Shown one piece after another: positions 30,757 to 41,083 of a stretch of DNA of 64,000 nucleotides. The position numbers and the translations under genes were made by a program. Each line of letters opens with the position of its first letter. The stretch's first letter is position 1. The DNA comes from an uncultured Pseudomonadota bacterium (GTDB taxonomy: Bacteria > Pseudomonadota > Gammaproteobacteria > Burkholderiales > Gallionellaceae), in contig CAVQZH010000012.1 of NCBI GenBank assembly GCA_963718345.1, positions 23,406 through 87,405 on the forward strand, read 5' to 3'. The notes below the pieces were generated by a model, which was not told the DNA's origin, did not search any database, and worked only from the letters and a program-made list of their open reading frames with translations.

Positions 30757-31824
30757 ATGCAAGCATTGCACATGACTCAAAAATCAAAATTTTCTCACGC
30801 AGGATTGCGCACCGCGCTCGCCATGGCTCTGGGCATGTCTGCACTATTTTCCAGCGTAGATGTATTCGCCTGCGCAGCCTGCGGTTGCACGCTGTCAACA
30901 GAATGGGCTGGCCAAGGTATCGGAGCTACACCTGGTTTTGTGACGGACGTATCCTACACATACCTCGACCAGAACACATTGATTTATGGCTCTGGAAAGG
31001 CTTCTTCAGCCTTGATCAACAACCTGTACAACAACGGACAGGAAATTGAGACGTCCACCAAGACGCAAACGGTCACCGCCTCACTTACCTACAACAGCGA
31101 TATATGGGGCGTTAGCCTTCAAGTTCCCTATTTGAATCGAACACATGATACGGATGGCCAAATCGCGGCGGGGACTCAAGCAACGAATCCCCTGGGCTCC
31201 GGTTTAACGACTTCTTCTGGCAACGGACTGGGCGACATTCGAGTCATCGGTCGCTACGCTGGCTTTTCTGAAACCAAAACCTCTGGTCTCATCGCCGGCG
31301 TCAAATTCCCGACAGGCAGTACCAATGCCAACTTCAACGGCGGAGTCGGTGCCGGATCGCCTTTGGATCCAGGACTGCAAATTGGGACAGGCTCCACGGA
31401 CATCATCTACGGCGCATATACATCTGGTCTGATCTCCACCTACGGCTGGTTCGTTCAGGGCACTGTTCAACATGCGGTGAAGTCAGCTAACGATATGTCG
31501 GGGAACTCATACCGCCCCGGCGACTCTTATTTGTTGAACTCAGGCTTACGCTATGCTGCCTTTGGTGCCAAGGTCACTCCGATGTTGCAACTTAACATTG
31601 CCAGGAAACAAGCTGATACCGGATTGGATGTTCCGACGGACGTATTGACGGGCGCCCCGGTCAGCGGCGGTACGCTTGTCTATTTGGCACCTGGTGCATC
31701 TGTGCGCGTGGGTGGTGGGGTCTCAGTGTATGGATTCGTCCAGCTGCCAATTTATCAAAATGTCAGTTCACTGCAGCTCGTTCCCAAGTACATTTTGACC
31801 ATAGGTGCAAGAGAATCTTTCTAG
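30757..31824 (+). CDS. Putative outer-membrane beta-barrel channel (MetA-pathway/SphA-like) with N-terminal CxxCGC
   Basis: Signal peptide then CAACGC; GLGDIRV, GVKFPTG, LQIGTGSTD, GGTLVYLAPG; C-terminal Phe. Confidence 0.7.
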   Translation: MQALHMTQKSKFSHAGLRTALAMALGMSALFSSVDVFACAACGCTLSTEWAGQGIGATPGFVTDVSYTYLDQNTLIYGSGKASSALINNLYNNGQEIETSTKTQTVTASLTYNSDIWGVSLQVPYLNRTHDTDGQIAAGTQATNPLGSGLTTSSGNGLGDIRVIGRYAGFSETKTSGLIAGVKFPTGSTNANFNGGVGAGSPLDPGLQIGTGSTDIIYGAYTSGLISTYGWFVQGTVQHAVKSANDMSGNSYRPGDSYLLNSGLRYAAFGAKVTPMLQLNIARKQADTGLDVPTDVLTGAPVSGGTLVYLAPGASVRVGGGVSVYGFVQLPIYQNVSSLQLVPKYILTIGARESF

Positions 31825-31855
31825 CCTTATTTTCCAAAAGCGAATGTGTTAACCG

Positions 31856-32362
31856 ATGAACATAAAAGCACAACAATTGACCCAATGGAAAGGAGCACTA
31901 GCAGTGCTCCTGCTATCCTTGTTTTCTGTTCAATTTGCGTGGGCAGACGATTGGAGCCTGAAAGACAAGGACGGGATTCAGTACAAGCTTTCCCAGGAAA
32001 AAGGGAAATGGGTGCTGGTCAATTTCTGGGCTCCATGGTGCCCGCCTTGTCTGGCAGAAATGCCCGGGCTTGACGCATTGCAGAAACAGCATAAGGACCT
32101 GCTGGTAATTGGTGTGGCAGTTATGTATCGGAAAACCCAGGAAGTTACCGATGTGATTAAAGAGAAATCGCTCACCTATCCAATCGTTCTCGGAAATGAA
32201 GATATTGCCGGTGAGTTCGGGGGAATGACGGGGATGCCTACCAGCTTTCTCTATTCTCCTACCGGAACGCTGGTCGGTCATCACGATGGTCCGTTGACTC
32301 AGGTGGATGTCGAACAAGTTATCGCTCAAAAACCTGGTTCGGCCGAAATATTCACACGCTAA
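31856..32362 (+). CDS. TlpA-family periplasmic thiol:disulfide reductase
   Basis: Signal peptide; GKWVLVNFWAPWCPPCLAEMP; GMPTSFL. Confidence 0.9.
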   Translation: MNIKAQQLTQWKGALAVLLLSLFSVQFAWADDWSLKDKDGIQYKLSQEKGKWVLVNFWAPWCPPCLAEMPGLDALQKQHKDLLVIGVAVMYRKTQEVTDVIKEKSLTYPIVLGNEDIAGEFGGMTGMPTSFLYSPTGTLVGHHDGPLTQVDVEQVIAQKPGSAEIFTR

Positions 32363-32597
32363 GGAAACTTGGCATAACTGCGTTTTACGCGCGAAGGTGA
32401 ACACGAATTACACGGGAACGTGAACAAGGTTTACACGGAACGTGAACACGAATTGCAGACGATGGTGAACAAAACGGCGGATTTTGTGTAAACCCTGTTC
32501 ATCATCGCGTAAACCGTGTTCACGGTGCGCGTAACGAAGCAAGAAGTGCTGGAAATCAACGAATTGTTTGGCATCCTCCCGAGATTTCGGAGGAACG

Positions 32598-34052
32598 ATG
32601 CCAGCCAAGAGGGTTTCCATGCACAAGACCAAAGAAGTCATCCGGCTCAAATCTGCCGGCCTCACCCTCCGAGTCATCGCCAGTGCGGTCAAGCTGTCTC
32701 TGGGCGCCGTATCCAACTACGTCAGGTCAGCGGAACAGGCCGGACTGACTTGGCCATTGCCGGAAGGAATCAGTGATGACGTTCTACACGCACTGCTCCA
32801 TGGCCACACGGCAGGGTCGGTCGCCACCGGCAAATACGTCACCCCAGACTGCGCCATCATTCATCAGGAACTCAAACGCAAAGGCGTGACCCTGCAACTG
32901 CTGTGGCAGGAATACCGTGATCTTCACGGGGAGGCGGCTTATGGTTACAGCCAGTTCTGCACGCTCTACCGCCGGTTCGCCAAGACGCTGAAACGCTCCA
33001 TGCGGCAAACGCACCGTGCCGGTGAGAAGCTGTTCGTCGATTACAGCGGTCAGACAGTCCCGATCCGGGATCGACTCACGGGAGAAATCCTCCAGGCACA
33101 GATCTTTGTGGCCGTGCTGGGTGCATCCAACTACACCTATGCGGAAGCGACTTGGAGCCAGCAACTGTCGGATTGGCTGGGATCCCATGTCAGGGTATTT
33201 GAATTCATAGGAGGGGTTTCAGCCGTTGTCGTTCCGGACAACCTCAGGAGTGCGGTTGACCGCGCCTGCCGCTATGATCCGCAAATAAATCGCAGCTACG
33301 CCGAACTGGCGGCGCACTATGGTTGCGCGGTCATCCCGGCGCGCCCCTACAAGCCAAAGGACAAAGCCAAAGTAGAAGTCGGCGTGCAGATCGTCGAACG
33401 CTGGATATTGGCGGCGCTGCGCAAACATACCTTCTTCAGTCTGGAGGAACTCAACCAAGCCATCAGCCAACTGCTTGAGCATCTCAACAACAAGCCGTTC
33501 AGCAAGTTGCCGGGTTGCCGCAAGGATGCATTCCGTTCACTGGATGCACCGATGCTCAAACCCCTGCCGGCGCATCGTTATCAATATGCCCAATGGAAGA
33601 CGGCACGGGTCAACATCGACTACCACGTTGAATTCGAGGGGCACTACTACAGCGTGCCGCACGCGCTGGTGGGAGTTGAGGTCGACCTGCGCATCAGCGC
33701 CAAAGCGATCGAGTGTCTGCACAACAATCAGCGTGTGGCGGTTCATGCGCGGAGCAGCAAACGCGGCCACCACACCACGGTGGACGAGCATATGCCGAAG
33801 TCACATCGCGCCCATATGCGCTGGACACCGGGCAAGCTGCTGAACTGGGCGGTATCCATCGGCACCGCCACGCGCGATGTGGTGCAGTTCCAGTTGACAC
33901 ACAAACCCCATCCTGAAATGGGCTATCGCACCTGTCTGGGATTGCTGTCGCTGTCCAGACAGTATGGCAATGCGCGACTGGAAGCGGCCTGCCAGCGGGC
34001 GATGGCCTTGAATTCACCGTATCGCAAAAGTGTGCTGTCTATCTTGCAGGCG
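32598..34052 (+). pseudogene. istA: IS21 transposase IstA, 3'-truncated
   Basis: GVTLQLLWQEY, MRQTHRAGEKLFVDYSG, VPDNLRS, PxDKAKVE; similarity ends at SILQA and the ORF runs into unrelated DNA; istB is essentially deleted. Confidence 0.85.
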
Positions 34053-34054
34053 GT

Positions 34055-34570
34055 GTACTTTCATGCAGCCGTGATCGTCGGTCATCTGCGTGTGATGACG
34101 CGAACGACGCATCAGGCTCGCGAACGTCGGAAGTGCGTTTCAGAAGCTCCTTCTTCGAAGCGCTTCGGGCCTCGGATATCGAGGCTGCGGTAAATAGTCT
34201 CGTGTGACACCAGGTCGCATCGCGTCGCTTGGGCAAGTCTGCATCAGCCATCCGGCAATCTGTTCCGGTGACCACAGTCCTTTCGAGCTTAGCGGCCACG
34301 ATGTGCGCCAATGCTCGGTTTTCGACTAGTTTACAAGGTTTGGGGCGATGCGCCCGATCCCACGCTGCCTGTTCGGCCTGACTCGCACGATCGTCCTGTT
34401 GGCCGCCATTCCGGTCGATTTCGACGACTGATGGTAGAGGGCGCTCTCACGAGCTGACTTGCAATCGATCTGATCGATTGGCCAGCAACTACCGCCCGCG
34501 ATATTTCCTCTCGCTCGGGGAGCGTCAGCGCCAACCTAGAACGGCATCGTCCTAGCCGACGTAATCCTCC
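34055..34570 (-). mobile_element. Degenerate IS30-family transposase fragment nested in the IS21
   Basis: Minus-strand pieces LTLPEREEISR..SIRSIASQLVRAPSTISR, WDRAHRPK, WSPEQIAGWL, VSHETIY in shifting frames; no DDE core. Confidence 0.75.
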
Positions 34571-34979
34571 ATCGTGGCAATCCACGACAGCCATGGGATC
34601 GAACTGATGGGCGAATCAATGAGAAAAATGAATTCTGCAAACGCTCCTCAAATTGACTGATCGTGAACATCTGAGGTAAAAACATAACACCAGCACTTCT
34701 ACGCTTCCGCTTGTTCACCATCGCGTAAACGCTGTTCACCATCGCTGGAATCCGCACATAACCAAAACGCACGCCGGAATCGACCGCTATCGCAGACGGA
34801 TAGCGGACTTAACAACTGATCGGATAAACACCCGTTTTCGCAAACCGCCGTCGTCCGGTATGGCCGAACATCGGACAATGCCTGTAAGATGAAATCTGGA
34901 CTACTACAGGTAAACCAAATCGATGTTATAGCGGAAGCAATCCGATCGCCCCCGAACCTCGCGCGGTTCCGCGAGTACT

Positions 34980-36512
34980 TCAAGCCGCTTCCTGCGGCTG
35001 CTGGCGTAGCGGCAGACACACCCTGAAAGTTGTGCCCTTGCCCACTTCGCTTTTCACCTCGATGCGGCCGTGGTGCTTTTGCACAATTCCGTACGATAGC
35101 GACAACCCCAATCCCGTACCCTTTCCCACCGGCTTGGTGGTGAAGAACGGATCAAAGATGCGGTGCAAATTCCCGGGCGCGATGCCCTTGCCCGTGTCTT
35201 CAACTTCCACCCATACTTCATCGCCGCCAAGGCCCGTACGAACAGTAATGATGCCCTTGTTGTCGATCGCCTGCGCGGCGTTCATCAGCAGGTTCAAGAA
35301 CACCTGGTTGAGTTGCGACGGCATGCATTCCACATCCGGCAGTCCGCAATATTCCTTGACGACCTGCGCCTTGTATTTGATCTCGTTCGCCACCACGTTG
35401 AGGGTGCTGTCCATGCCCTGTTCAAGGTTGGCATGCTGCCAGTTGCTTTCATCCACATGGGAAAAGTCCTTGAGGTCCTGCACGATGCGCTTGACCCGCG
35501 CCAGGCCATCCTGCGATTCTTTCAGCAGACTGGGGATATCCTCGATCAGGAAGGCAAAGTCCACGGCTTTCTTGATCTGCGCTACCTCGGGACAGGTATT
35601 GGCTCCAATCTTGGCTTCGGCCGCTGCGTAGGCATCGATCACCTCGAACATGCTGTTGATGTATTTGCCCAGCGTGCCCAGGTTGGAATTGACGAAGCCG
35701 ACGGGATTGTTGATTTCATGCGCCACTCCCGCTGCCAACTGGCCGATCGAGGCCATCTTCTCCGATTGCAGCAATTGGTTCTGGGCGGATTCGAGCTGTT
35801 CATTGAGCTGCTTCAACTCCGCATTGTTCGCCAGCAATTGCCGATTGGCCTGCTCCACAGCTGCGGTTCGCTGATGCACACGTTGTTCCAGTTGATCGTT
35901 CAACGTCCGCAGTGCTTCTTGCTCCGCTTCCAACTCCTGGTTTTTCTGCATCACCTCCAGCGTCTTGTCGCCCAGTTTTCCGTACATTTCGTTCAGGGCA
36001 TCCATCAGCACGTTCGCCGCCTGGGTCATGTACGCGGTCGCCTTCCGGGTCGCCTCCTCGTGACTGTCTCCTGCCTGCAACGCCAGAAGTTCCTGCGTCA
36101 TGCGCTTGTCCAACCCCAGAATATGTTGCACCAACCAATTGGTCAGGTATTTCAGCAACGGTGCCAACAGTTGCATTGAAACATCGGTACTACCCATAAG
36201 TATTTTCGCAGCCTGCGTCACTTGGGCAGTAAAGTGCTGATGCGCCTTGATATGGATGGCCTGGTGGGCGGCATCGATCTGGTAATGCTGCATCAATTTC
36301 TCTTCGGTATCAAAATGGTAGACCGTGTAATTTCCCAACTCGCTCAGGATAGTTCCCAGTTCGCCGGAACTACGCTGGCGCGCGCTGATGGCGCCTAATT
36401 GATTGATCAAGTCCACCAGCTTGTGGTGTTGGGTATCCACCATGTCGACATCGGTATTGAATCGATTGTCCCAGGCGAAGGCTTCGAATATTTCGTCAGT
36501 TTGAGTATCCAT
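34980..36512 (-). CDS. Hemerythrin-domain sensor histidine kinase
   Basis: VDTQH, HFDTEE, HxxxH, HILGLD; coiled coil; EKMASIGQLAAGVAHEINNP; NQVFLNLLMNA, DTGKG, GTGLGLS. Confidence 0.9.
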   Translation of the reverse strand: MDTQTDEIFEAFAWDNRFNTDVDMVDTQHHKLVDLINQLGAISARQRSSGELGTILSELGNYTVYHFDTEEKLMQHYQIDAAHQAIHIKAHQHFTAQVTQAAKILMGSTDVSMQLLAPLLKYLTNWLVQHILGLDKRMTQELLALQAGDSHEEATRKATAYMTQAANVLMDALNEMYGKLGDKTLEVMQKNQELEAEQEALRTLNDQLEQRVHQRTAAVEQANRQLLANNAELKQLNEQLESAQNQLLQSEKMASIGQLAAGVAHEINNPVGFVNSNLGTLGKYINSMFEVIDAYAAAEAKIGANTCPEVAQIKKAVDFAFLIEDIPSLLKESQDGLARVKRIVQDLKDFSHVDESNWQHANLEQGMDSTLNVVANEIKYKAQVVKEYCGLPDVECMPSQLNQVFLNLLMNAAQAIDNKGIITVRTGLGGDEVWVEVEDTGKGIAPGNLHRIFDPFFTTKPVGKGTGLGLSLSYGIVQKHHGRIEVKSEVGKGTTFRVCLPLRQQPQEAA

Positions 36513-36563
36513 ACTGCCTCCCATTCTGAATCGGCAATAATTTGTGTTGAATGATCAACATAT

Positions 36564-37655
36564 CTAGTTTCCCAATTGTGCCTGTGGCTGCACAAGCGGC
36601 AAACATACCCTGAAGGTAGTGCCCTTGCCCAATTCACTTTTCACTTCCAGTCGTCCGTGATGCTTTTGGACAATCGAATAGGAAATAGACAGTCCCAGCC
36701 CCGTCCCTTTGCCAACGGGTTTGGTAGTAAAGAAAGGATCGAATATTTTCTGCATGTGTTCCGGAGCAATGCCCTGACCGGTGTCTGAAATATCCACCCA
36801 AACTTCATCTCCATCCCTGCCGGTACGAACCGTGATAGTGCCGTGTTCCTTGATGGCATGGGCCGCATTCACCAGAAGATTCATGAATACTTGATTGAGT
36901 TGGGAGGCCAGACATTCCACATCCGGTAGATTGCCGTATTCTTTGACCAGATCAGCCTTGTACTTGATCTCGTTATTGACGATGCTCAGGGTGCTGTCCA
37001 GACATTTGTGCAGGTTCGCAAAATGCCACTCGTCTGAATCGCCTGCGCGGGAAAAATCCTTCAGGTTTTGTACGATGGTCTTGACGCGGGTAATCCCCTC
37101 TTTCGACTCATCCATCAAGGCGCGCAGATCCGATTTCAAGAATGCAATATCCATTTTCTTCTTGGCTGCTTGCAGCTGGCTTCTCACTTCCGCGTCGGTA
37201 ATTGCACTTTCAGCCTGTTCAAACAGGTCGATCAACGTGAAAGTGTCCTGCACGTACTTTTCCAGCGTACCAAGATTGGAATAGACATAGCCGATGGGAT
37301 TGTTGATCTCGTGCGCCACGCCTGCCGCCAGTTGACCTATCGATGCCATCTTTTCGGACTGCAGCAACTGACTGTGCACGTCTTCGAGTTTCCTGATCAG
37401 GGCACGCTGCTCTTCCCGTTCGTTTTGGAGAGCCAACTCTGCCCGATGGCGTTCTGCCAATTCGTTGCGCAACACCACGTTGGCTTCGGTCAGTTCTTTC
37501 GACATCAAATCGAGGGAACGTTCGATCATCAGGCGATCTGCATCGGCACTGTTGTACGCTTCGTCCACCGCCGCGATGAACACCGACAACTCCGGAGGGA
37601 ACATCGCGGGATTGCCAAGATAACGCTTGATCTGACGTTCGAGCAGCCTGTGCAC
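36564..37655 (-). CDS. Cytoplasmic histidine kinase without its own sensor domain (FIST-associated)
   Basis: N-terminal MHRLLERQIKRYLG; H-box AHEINNP; HATPase boxes; no TM helix. Confidence 0.88.
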   Translation of the reverse strand: MHRLLERQIKRYLGNPAMFPPELSVFIAAVDEAYNSADADRLMIERSLDLMSKELTEANVVLRNELAERHRAELALQNEREEQRALIRKLEDVHSQLLQSEKMASIGQLAAGVAHEINNPIGYVYSNLGTLEKYVQDTFTLIDLFEQAESAITDAEVRSQLQAAKKKMDIAFLKSDLRALMDESKEGITRVKTIVQNLKDFSRAGDSDEWHFANLHKCLDSTLSIVNNEIKYKADLVKEYGNLPDVECLASQLNQVFMNLLVNAAHAIKEHGTITVRTGRDGDEVWVDISDTGQGIAPEHMQKIFDPFFTTKPVGKGTGLGLSISYSIVQKHHGRLEVKSELGKGTTFRVCLPLVQPQAQLGN

Positions 37656-37658
37656 GGC

Positions 37659-38810
37659 TCATCTCTCCGAGAATGTGGTAATTGTCATGGTCTGGTTATG
37701 CAATTCACATTTGGTGGCAGCACCATGCGGACAGATTTCGCCATAGGAGTAAAAACCGGCAAGCACAGTATTTATCCCCAGCACTTCCTGTACGCCTTCG
37801 ACCTCTTCTTCGATGCGCTGTTTCAATACCAGCTTGCGCCCGACACAGCTGATGAGCAGGGCCAGTTCCGGTTCGACCGAACCGAGCATCTCGTAACTGG
37901 CGCGGGCTGCGCCCTCCGCGCCGACAACGAGACGGTCGAAATTGGCCTTCATCAGTCTGGCATAAGCTCCTTCCGGCATGTCGCCGGCAAAAGTCATACT
38001 TTGTTCGTCTTCATTGACTGCCAGAACCGTGCGTACCAAGCCATATCCTTCCTCGCCAGTGTGCAAAGCCAACGGAAACAGCAATGCGTCAGCCGGACCA
38101 GTGTTTTGCTCTCCCAGATATTTTTTGTAGAGCTCAAGTGCTGGACGGCCGTCCAACTCATACAGGACATTGCCTTTGGAACGTGTGATCAGACGTTCTG
38201 CACCGAATGAATCCCATCCACCAAGGGAACCGTAACCGACTTTGAGGCGATCGCTGTAAAAGCCCACGGCAGCGATCACGCCCTCGCACGGTGCGTGGTC
38301 CGCGAGTACCAGCGTCTGCTGAAAATCAGTACCATCGCCGGCCAATCCACCCGTCACCGCGACACCCGCCGGCAAATTATCGCGCAGCCCGCGCGATAAT
38401 TCACTGCCGTTGACGTTCAGGCCGTCCGACAGTACCAACACGTGCACCAACTGCTGCTTCGGAAGCGCCTGCGCCAAACGCTCACCCGCTGCCAGACTGT
38501 CGCCACCCTCGTCTACGACCTCACGGACCAGTTTCAGGGCGGTATGCTCGAAGTGCATTGCCGTTACAACGAGAGAGTCGTCGCGTACTCTGGTTCCGCA
38601 AATCTCGCCCGCAGTGGAACAACCTACAGTTGTCGCTCCGGGATAACGTGCGCGCAGTTCATCCATCGCCGCGGCATTTCCCATGATCTGGCGTGCCCCG
38701 AAAACCAGGACCAGCGATGCTTTTCCCCCGAGTGATACTGCTGATTCATTTTGCCAGCCCTCAGCGGCAGTCCAGTATTGTTGTTCGATGATCAAGATGG
38801 TTTTCCCCAA
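37659..38810 (-). CDS. FIST-domain (NosP-like) sensor protein
   Basis: GCSTAGEI, SDGLNVNGSEL, GGLAGDG, GGW..FG..R.IT.S.GNVLYELDG.PAL, ISCVGRK, GFYSYGEI, LHNQTMT. Confidence 0.9.
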   Translation of the reverse strand: MGKTILIIEQQYWTAAEGWQNESAVSLGGKASLVLVFGARQIMGNAAAMDELRARYPGATTVGCSTAGEICGTRVRDDSLVVTAMHFEHTALKLVREVVDEGGDSLAAGERLAQALPKQQLVHVLVLSDGLNVNGSELSRGLRDNLPAGVAVTGGLAGDGTDFQQTLVLADHAPCEGVIAAVGFYSDRLKVGYGSLGGWDSFGAERLITRSKGNVLYELDGRPALELYKKYLGEQNTGPADALLFPLALHTGEEGYGLVRTVLAVNEDEQSMTFAGDMPEGAYARLMKANFDRLVVGAEGAARASYEMLGSVEPELALLISCVGRKLVLKQRIEEEVEGVQEVLGINTVLAGFYSYGEICPHGAATKCELHNQTMTITTFSER

Positions 38811-38864
38811 TTAATTTACGGTAAGTTCCTCGCCGGATCTCTTTATGAATACTGAAGCAGCACT

Positions 38865-40190
38865 TCACTTTTTATCGAGTACATAAATAACCAGTTCATC
38901 GCCTATCCGCTTGAAGCTTTTGATCTGCTCGATGAGGGAGGCGTCCAGCAGGTGGTCTTTCGACAGCAGCAAATCGCCTTGCCTGCTTATCAAGTCACGG
39001 GATAACGTCATCCCGGGCCTGACCTGTTCCGGGTGAAGCGCCAATTCTCGGACAGCTTGAACCTTTGATTCAATCACGCTTATAAATGCGTCTACCACCG
39101 CCGGATCGTAACGCCCGCCTCTTCCTTCCTGAATGAATAGCACCGCGTCGGCCTGTTTCAGGCGCTTGCTCAGCAGCATTCCGATTTGGACTGCGTCAAA
39201 CTCGTTAGCCAGCGCGATAATCCGTGCGCCCAGTGGAATCGCCAACCCGACCACCCTATCCGGATAGCCCAGCCCGTCGAATCGCTCATGATGACTTCGG
39301 ATCAGTTTCGCCGCACCGTTCAATTGTTCCAGCGCCATCAATGCGGTCTGCCCCTTGGCTGGATGTTTCATCACCTCCAGCCGTTCTTCGCTGGTCAGGT
39401 TTGCGAAGGGTTTTTCCAGCAGATAGTCGGGAAACCCGATTTTTCCAACATCGTGCAACAGCGCAGCCAGAAAAATATCCTGCGTGTCTGTTTCGTTGAC
39501 TTTCATCTTCTGGGCGATGGCGCGGGACAATTCGGCAACCCGGCGCGAGTGCCCGGCCATGGCGCCTTCGCGCATTTCGATCAGATTGGAAAAAACCCGT
39601 ATGGATGTAATAAAGCCCTGCTTGAGCTTCTCATGCGCCATTTCGAGAAAACTCATGGTTTGACGCAACTCCTCAGTGCGTGCCTTGACCTTTTGTTCAA
39701 GGTTGGCGTTCAGATCCTTCAGTTCCTCGTTCTGCTTGCGCGTCAATTCTTCCAGGCCGCGGTTTGCCAGTTCCAACTGCTTCTGATGCAGGGCCTGTTT
39801 GATGGAGAGGACGATGTCGTTGTCTTCCCACGGCTTGGATATGTAGCGGTAAATGTGGCCCTTGTTGATTGCATCGATGGTCGCGCCAATTTCGGCGTGC
39901 CCGGTGAGCAAAATACGTATCGTGTCCGGCCACTTGGCGTTAACCTGCTCCAGGAATTGCGCGCCGTTCATTTGCGGCATGCGCATATCTGAAACAACGA
40001 TGTCGATGCTCTCATGCTGCATGATCTCTAGCGCCTGTGCCCCGCTTTCGGCCGTAAAAATGCGGTATCCGCAGGGGCGGAACAGGCGTTTCAGCGACGA
40101 CAGAATGTTGGCTTCATCGTCCACAAACAGCACGGTTGCAGTGTTTTCTGCGGCGGCATGGCCAGCCGGGACTTCTTGTATTTCACTCAT
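38865..40190 (-). CDS. Response regulator with HD-GYP domain
   Basis: REC (FVDDE, SDMRMP, LTG, KPW); LHDVGK, HHERFDGLGYP. Confidence 0.88.
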   Translation of the reverse strand: MSEIQEVPAGHAAAENTATVLFVDDEANILSSLKRLFRPCGYRIFTAESGAQALEIMQHESIDIVVSDMRMPQMNGAQFLEQVNAKWPDTIRILLTGHAEIGATIDAINKGHIYRYISKPWEDNDIVLSIKQALHQKQLELANRGLEELTRKQNEELKDLNANLEQKVKARTEELRQTMSFLEMAHEKLKQGFITSIRVFSNLIEMREGAMAGHSRRVAELSRAIAQKMKVNETDTQDIFLAALLHDVGKIGFPDYLLEKPFANLTSEERLEVMKHPAKGQTALMALEQLNGAAKLIRSHHERFDGLGYPDRVVGLAIPLGARIIALANEFDAVQIGMLLSKRLKQADAVLFIQEGRGGRYDPAVVDAFISVIESKVQAVRELALHPEQVRPGMTLSRDLISRQGDLLLSKDHLLDASLIEQIKSFKRIGDELVIYVLDKK

Positions 40191-40241
40191 CAGAGAATTT
40201 CCATCGTTAAAATTTCACGCACGATCAGGTTCTTCTTGCTC

Positions 40242-41075
40242 CTAGATTTCCAGCATCAGGCTGGCCACGGCGTTCAGTTCATCCGGCTGCGGCAGGCCCG
40301 GTTCGATACGTTCCCAGCTTATCTTCAAATGTTCGCGCACCTTGGGCGGAATGCTGTTGATCAAGTCAGCGCGACTCAGACCGTTTTCCAGTGCCACAGC
40401 CACGTATACCAATCCAATTATTGGTTCAAAGGGCTCGTGTTGCGGAGTGCGCCAGAAATTGATGGCATGTTCGATCTCGTGGGGGAAGTTCCAGCGCTTG
40501 GCCATTTCCGCCCCGATCTCGGCATGATTGAAACCAAGCACAGCCTGTTCGACCTCGATCAGGCTCGCTCCGGTAGCCTTCTGTTGCGCGAGCATGTCGG
40601 CAAACTTCTCCGGGATGCAGATACTCAATACCAGTTGACCGACATCGTGAAACAAGCCTGACGTGAACGACAATTGGCGCACGCTTCCAAGGCTTTGCGC
40701 CAACGCTTCGGTATAGGAAGCCACCCGAAAACTGCGCATCCAGTAGGCATGGCGATCGAACAGTGCGTCCCCGGTCGCCGGGAACGCATGCGTAAATCCT
40801 GCCGACACGACCAGCGAGCGAATCGTATCGAAACCCAGCACGGTTACTGCATCCTGTATCGAACCCACTTCGCGTGACAGACCGTAAAACGAGGAGTTCG
40901 CCACCCGCAAGACCCGTGCGCTCAAGCCCTGATCCACCTCGATTTTCTGCGCCAGGATGGCGCTACCCACGTTGGGATTCTTGAAACTGGACATCACTTC
41001 CCGTACCACCAGCGGCATGGCGGGAAGTTGATGCAACTTATCGAGGACAGCGTTTTTGTCGTCAGAAGTAGTCAT
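40242..41075 (-). CDS. HDOD-domain protein
   Basis: LPAMPxVV, DQGLSARVLRVANSSFYG, GLFHDVG, HAEIGAEMAKRWNFP. Confidence 0.88.
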   Translation of the reverse strand: MTTSDDKNAVLDKLHQLPAMPLVVREVMSSFKNPNVGSAILAQKIEVDQGLSARVLRVANSSFYGLSREVGSIQDAVTVLGFDTIRSLVVSAGFTHAFPATGDALFDRHAYWMRSFRVASYTEALAQSLGSVRQLSFTSGLFHDVGQLVLSICIPEKFADMLAQQKATGASLIEVEQAVLGFNHAEIGAEMAKRWNFPHEIEHAINFWRTPQHEPFEPIIGLVYVAVALENGLSRADLINSIPPKVREHLKISWERIEPGLPQPDELNAVASLMLEI

Positions 41076-41083
41076 GTTCTCAT

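Larger units (their letters stand above)
32379..34756 (+). mobile_element. Defective IS21-family element with 6-bp target duplication
   Basis: Left end TGCGTTTTACGCGCGAAGGTGAACA; right end (reverse complement) TGCGGATTCCAGCGATGGTGAACA; multiple GTGAACA subterminal repeats; CATAAC flanks at 32373-32378 and 34757-34762. Confidence 0.88.

Noticed and set aside
32390-32535. CRISPR-like or iteron array of GTGAACA repeats
   Set aside because: These are short, degenerate direct and inverted repeats at an IS21 end (transposase-binding sites), with no unique spacers or cas genes.
34053-34193. Novel C-terminal domain on IstA
   Set aside because: It is read-through into the antisense strand of the IS30 relic.
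15300-34980. A single integrative genomic island or prophage
   Set aside because: No integrase, tRNA attachment site, phage genes or bounding repeats; it looks like a patchwork of accessory modules.
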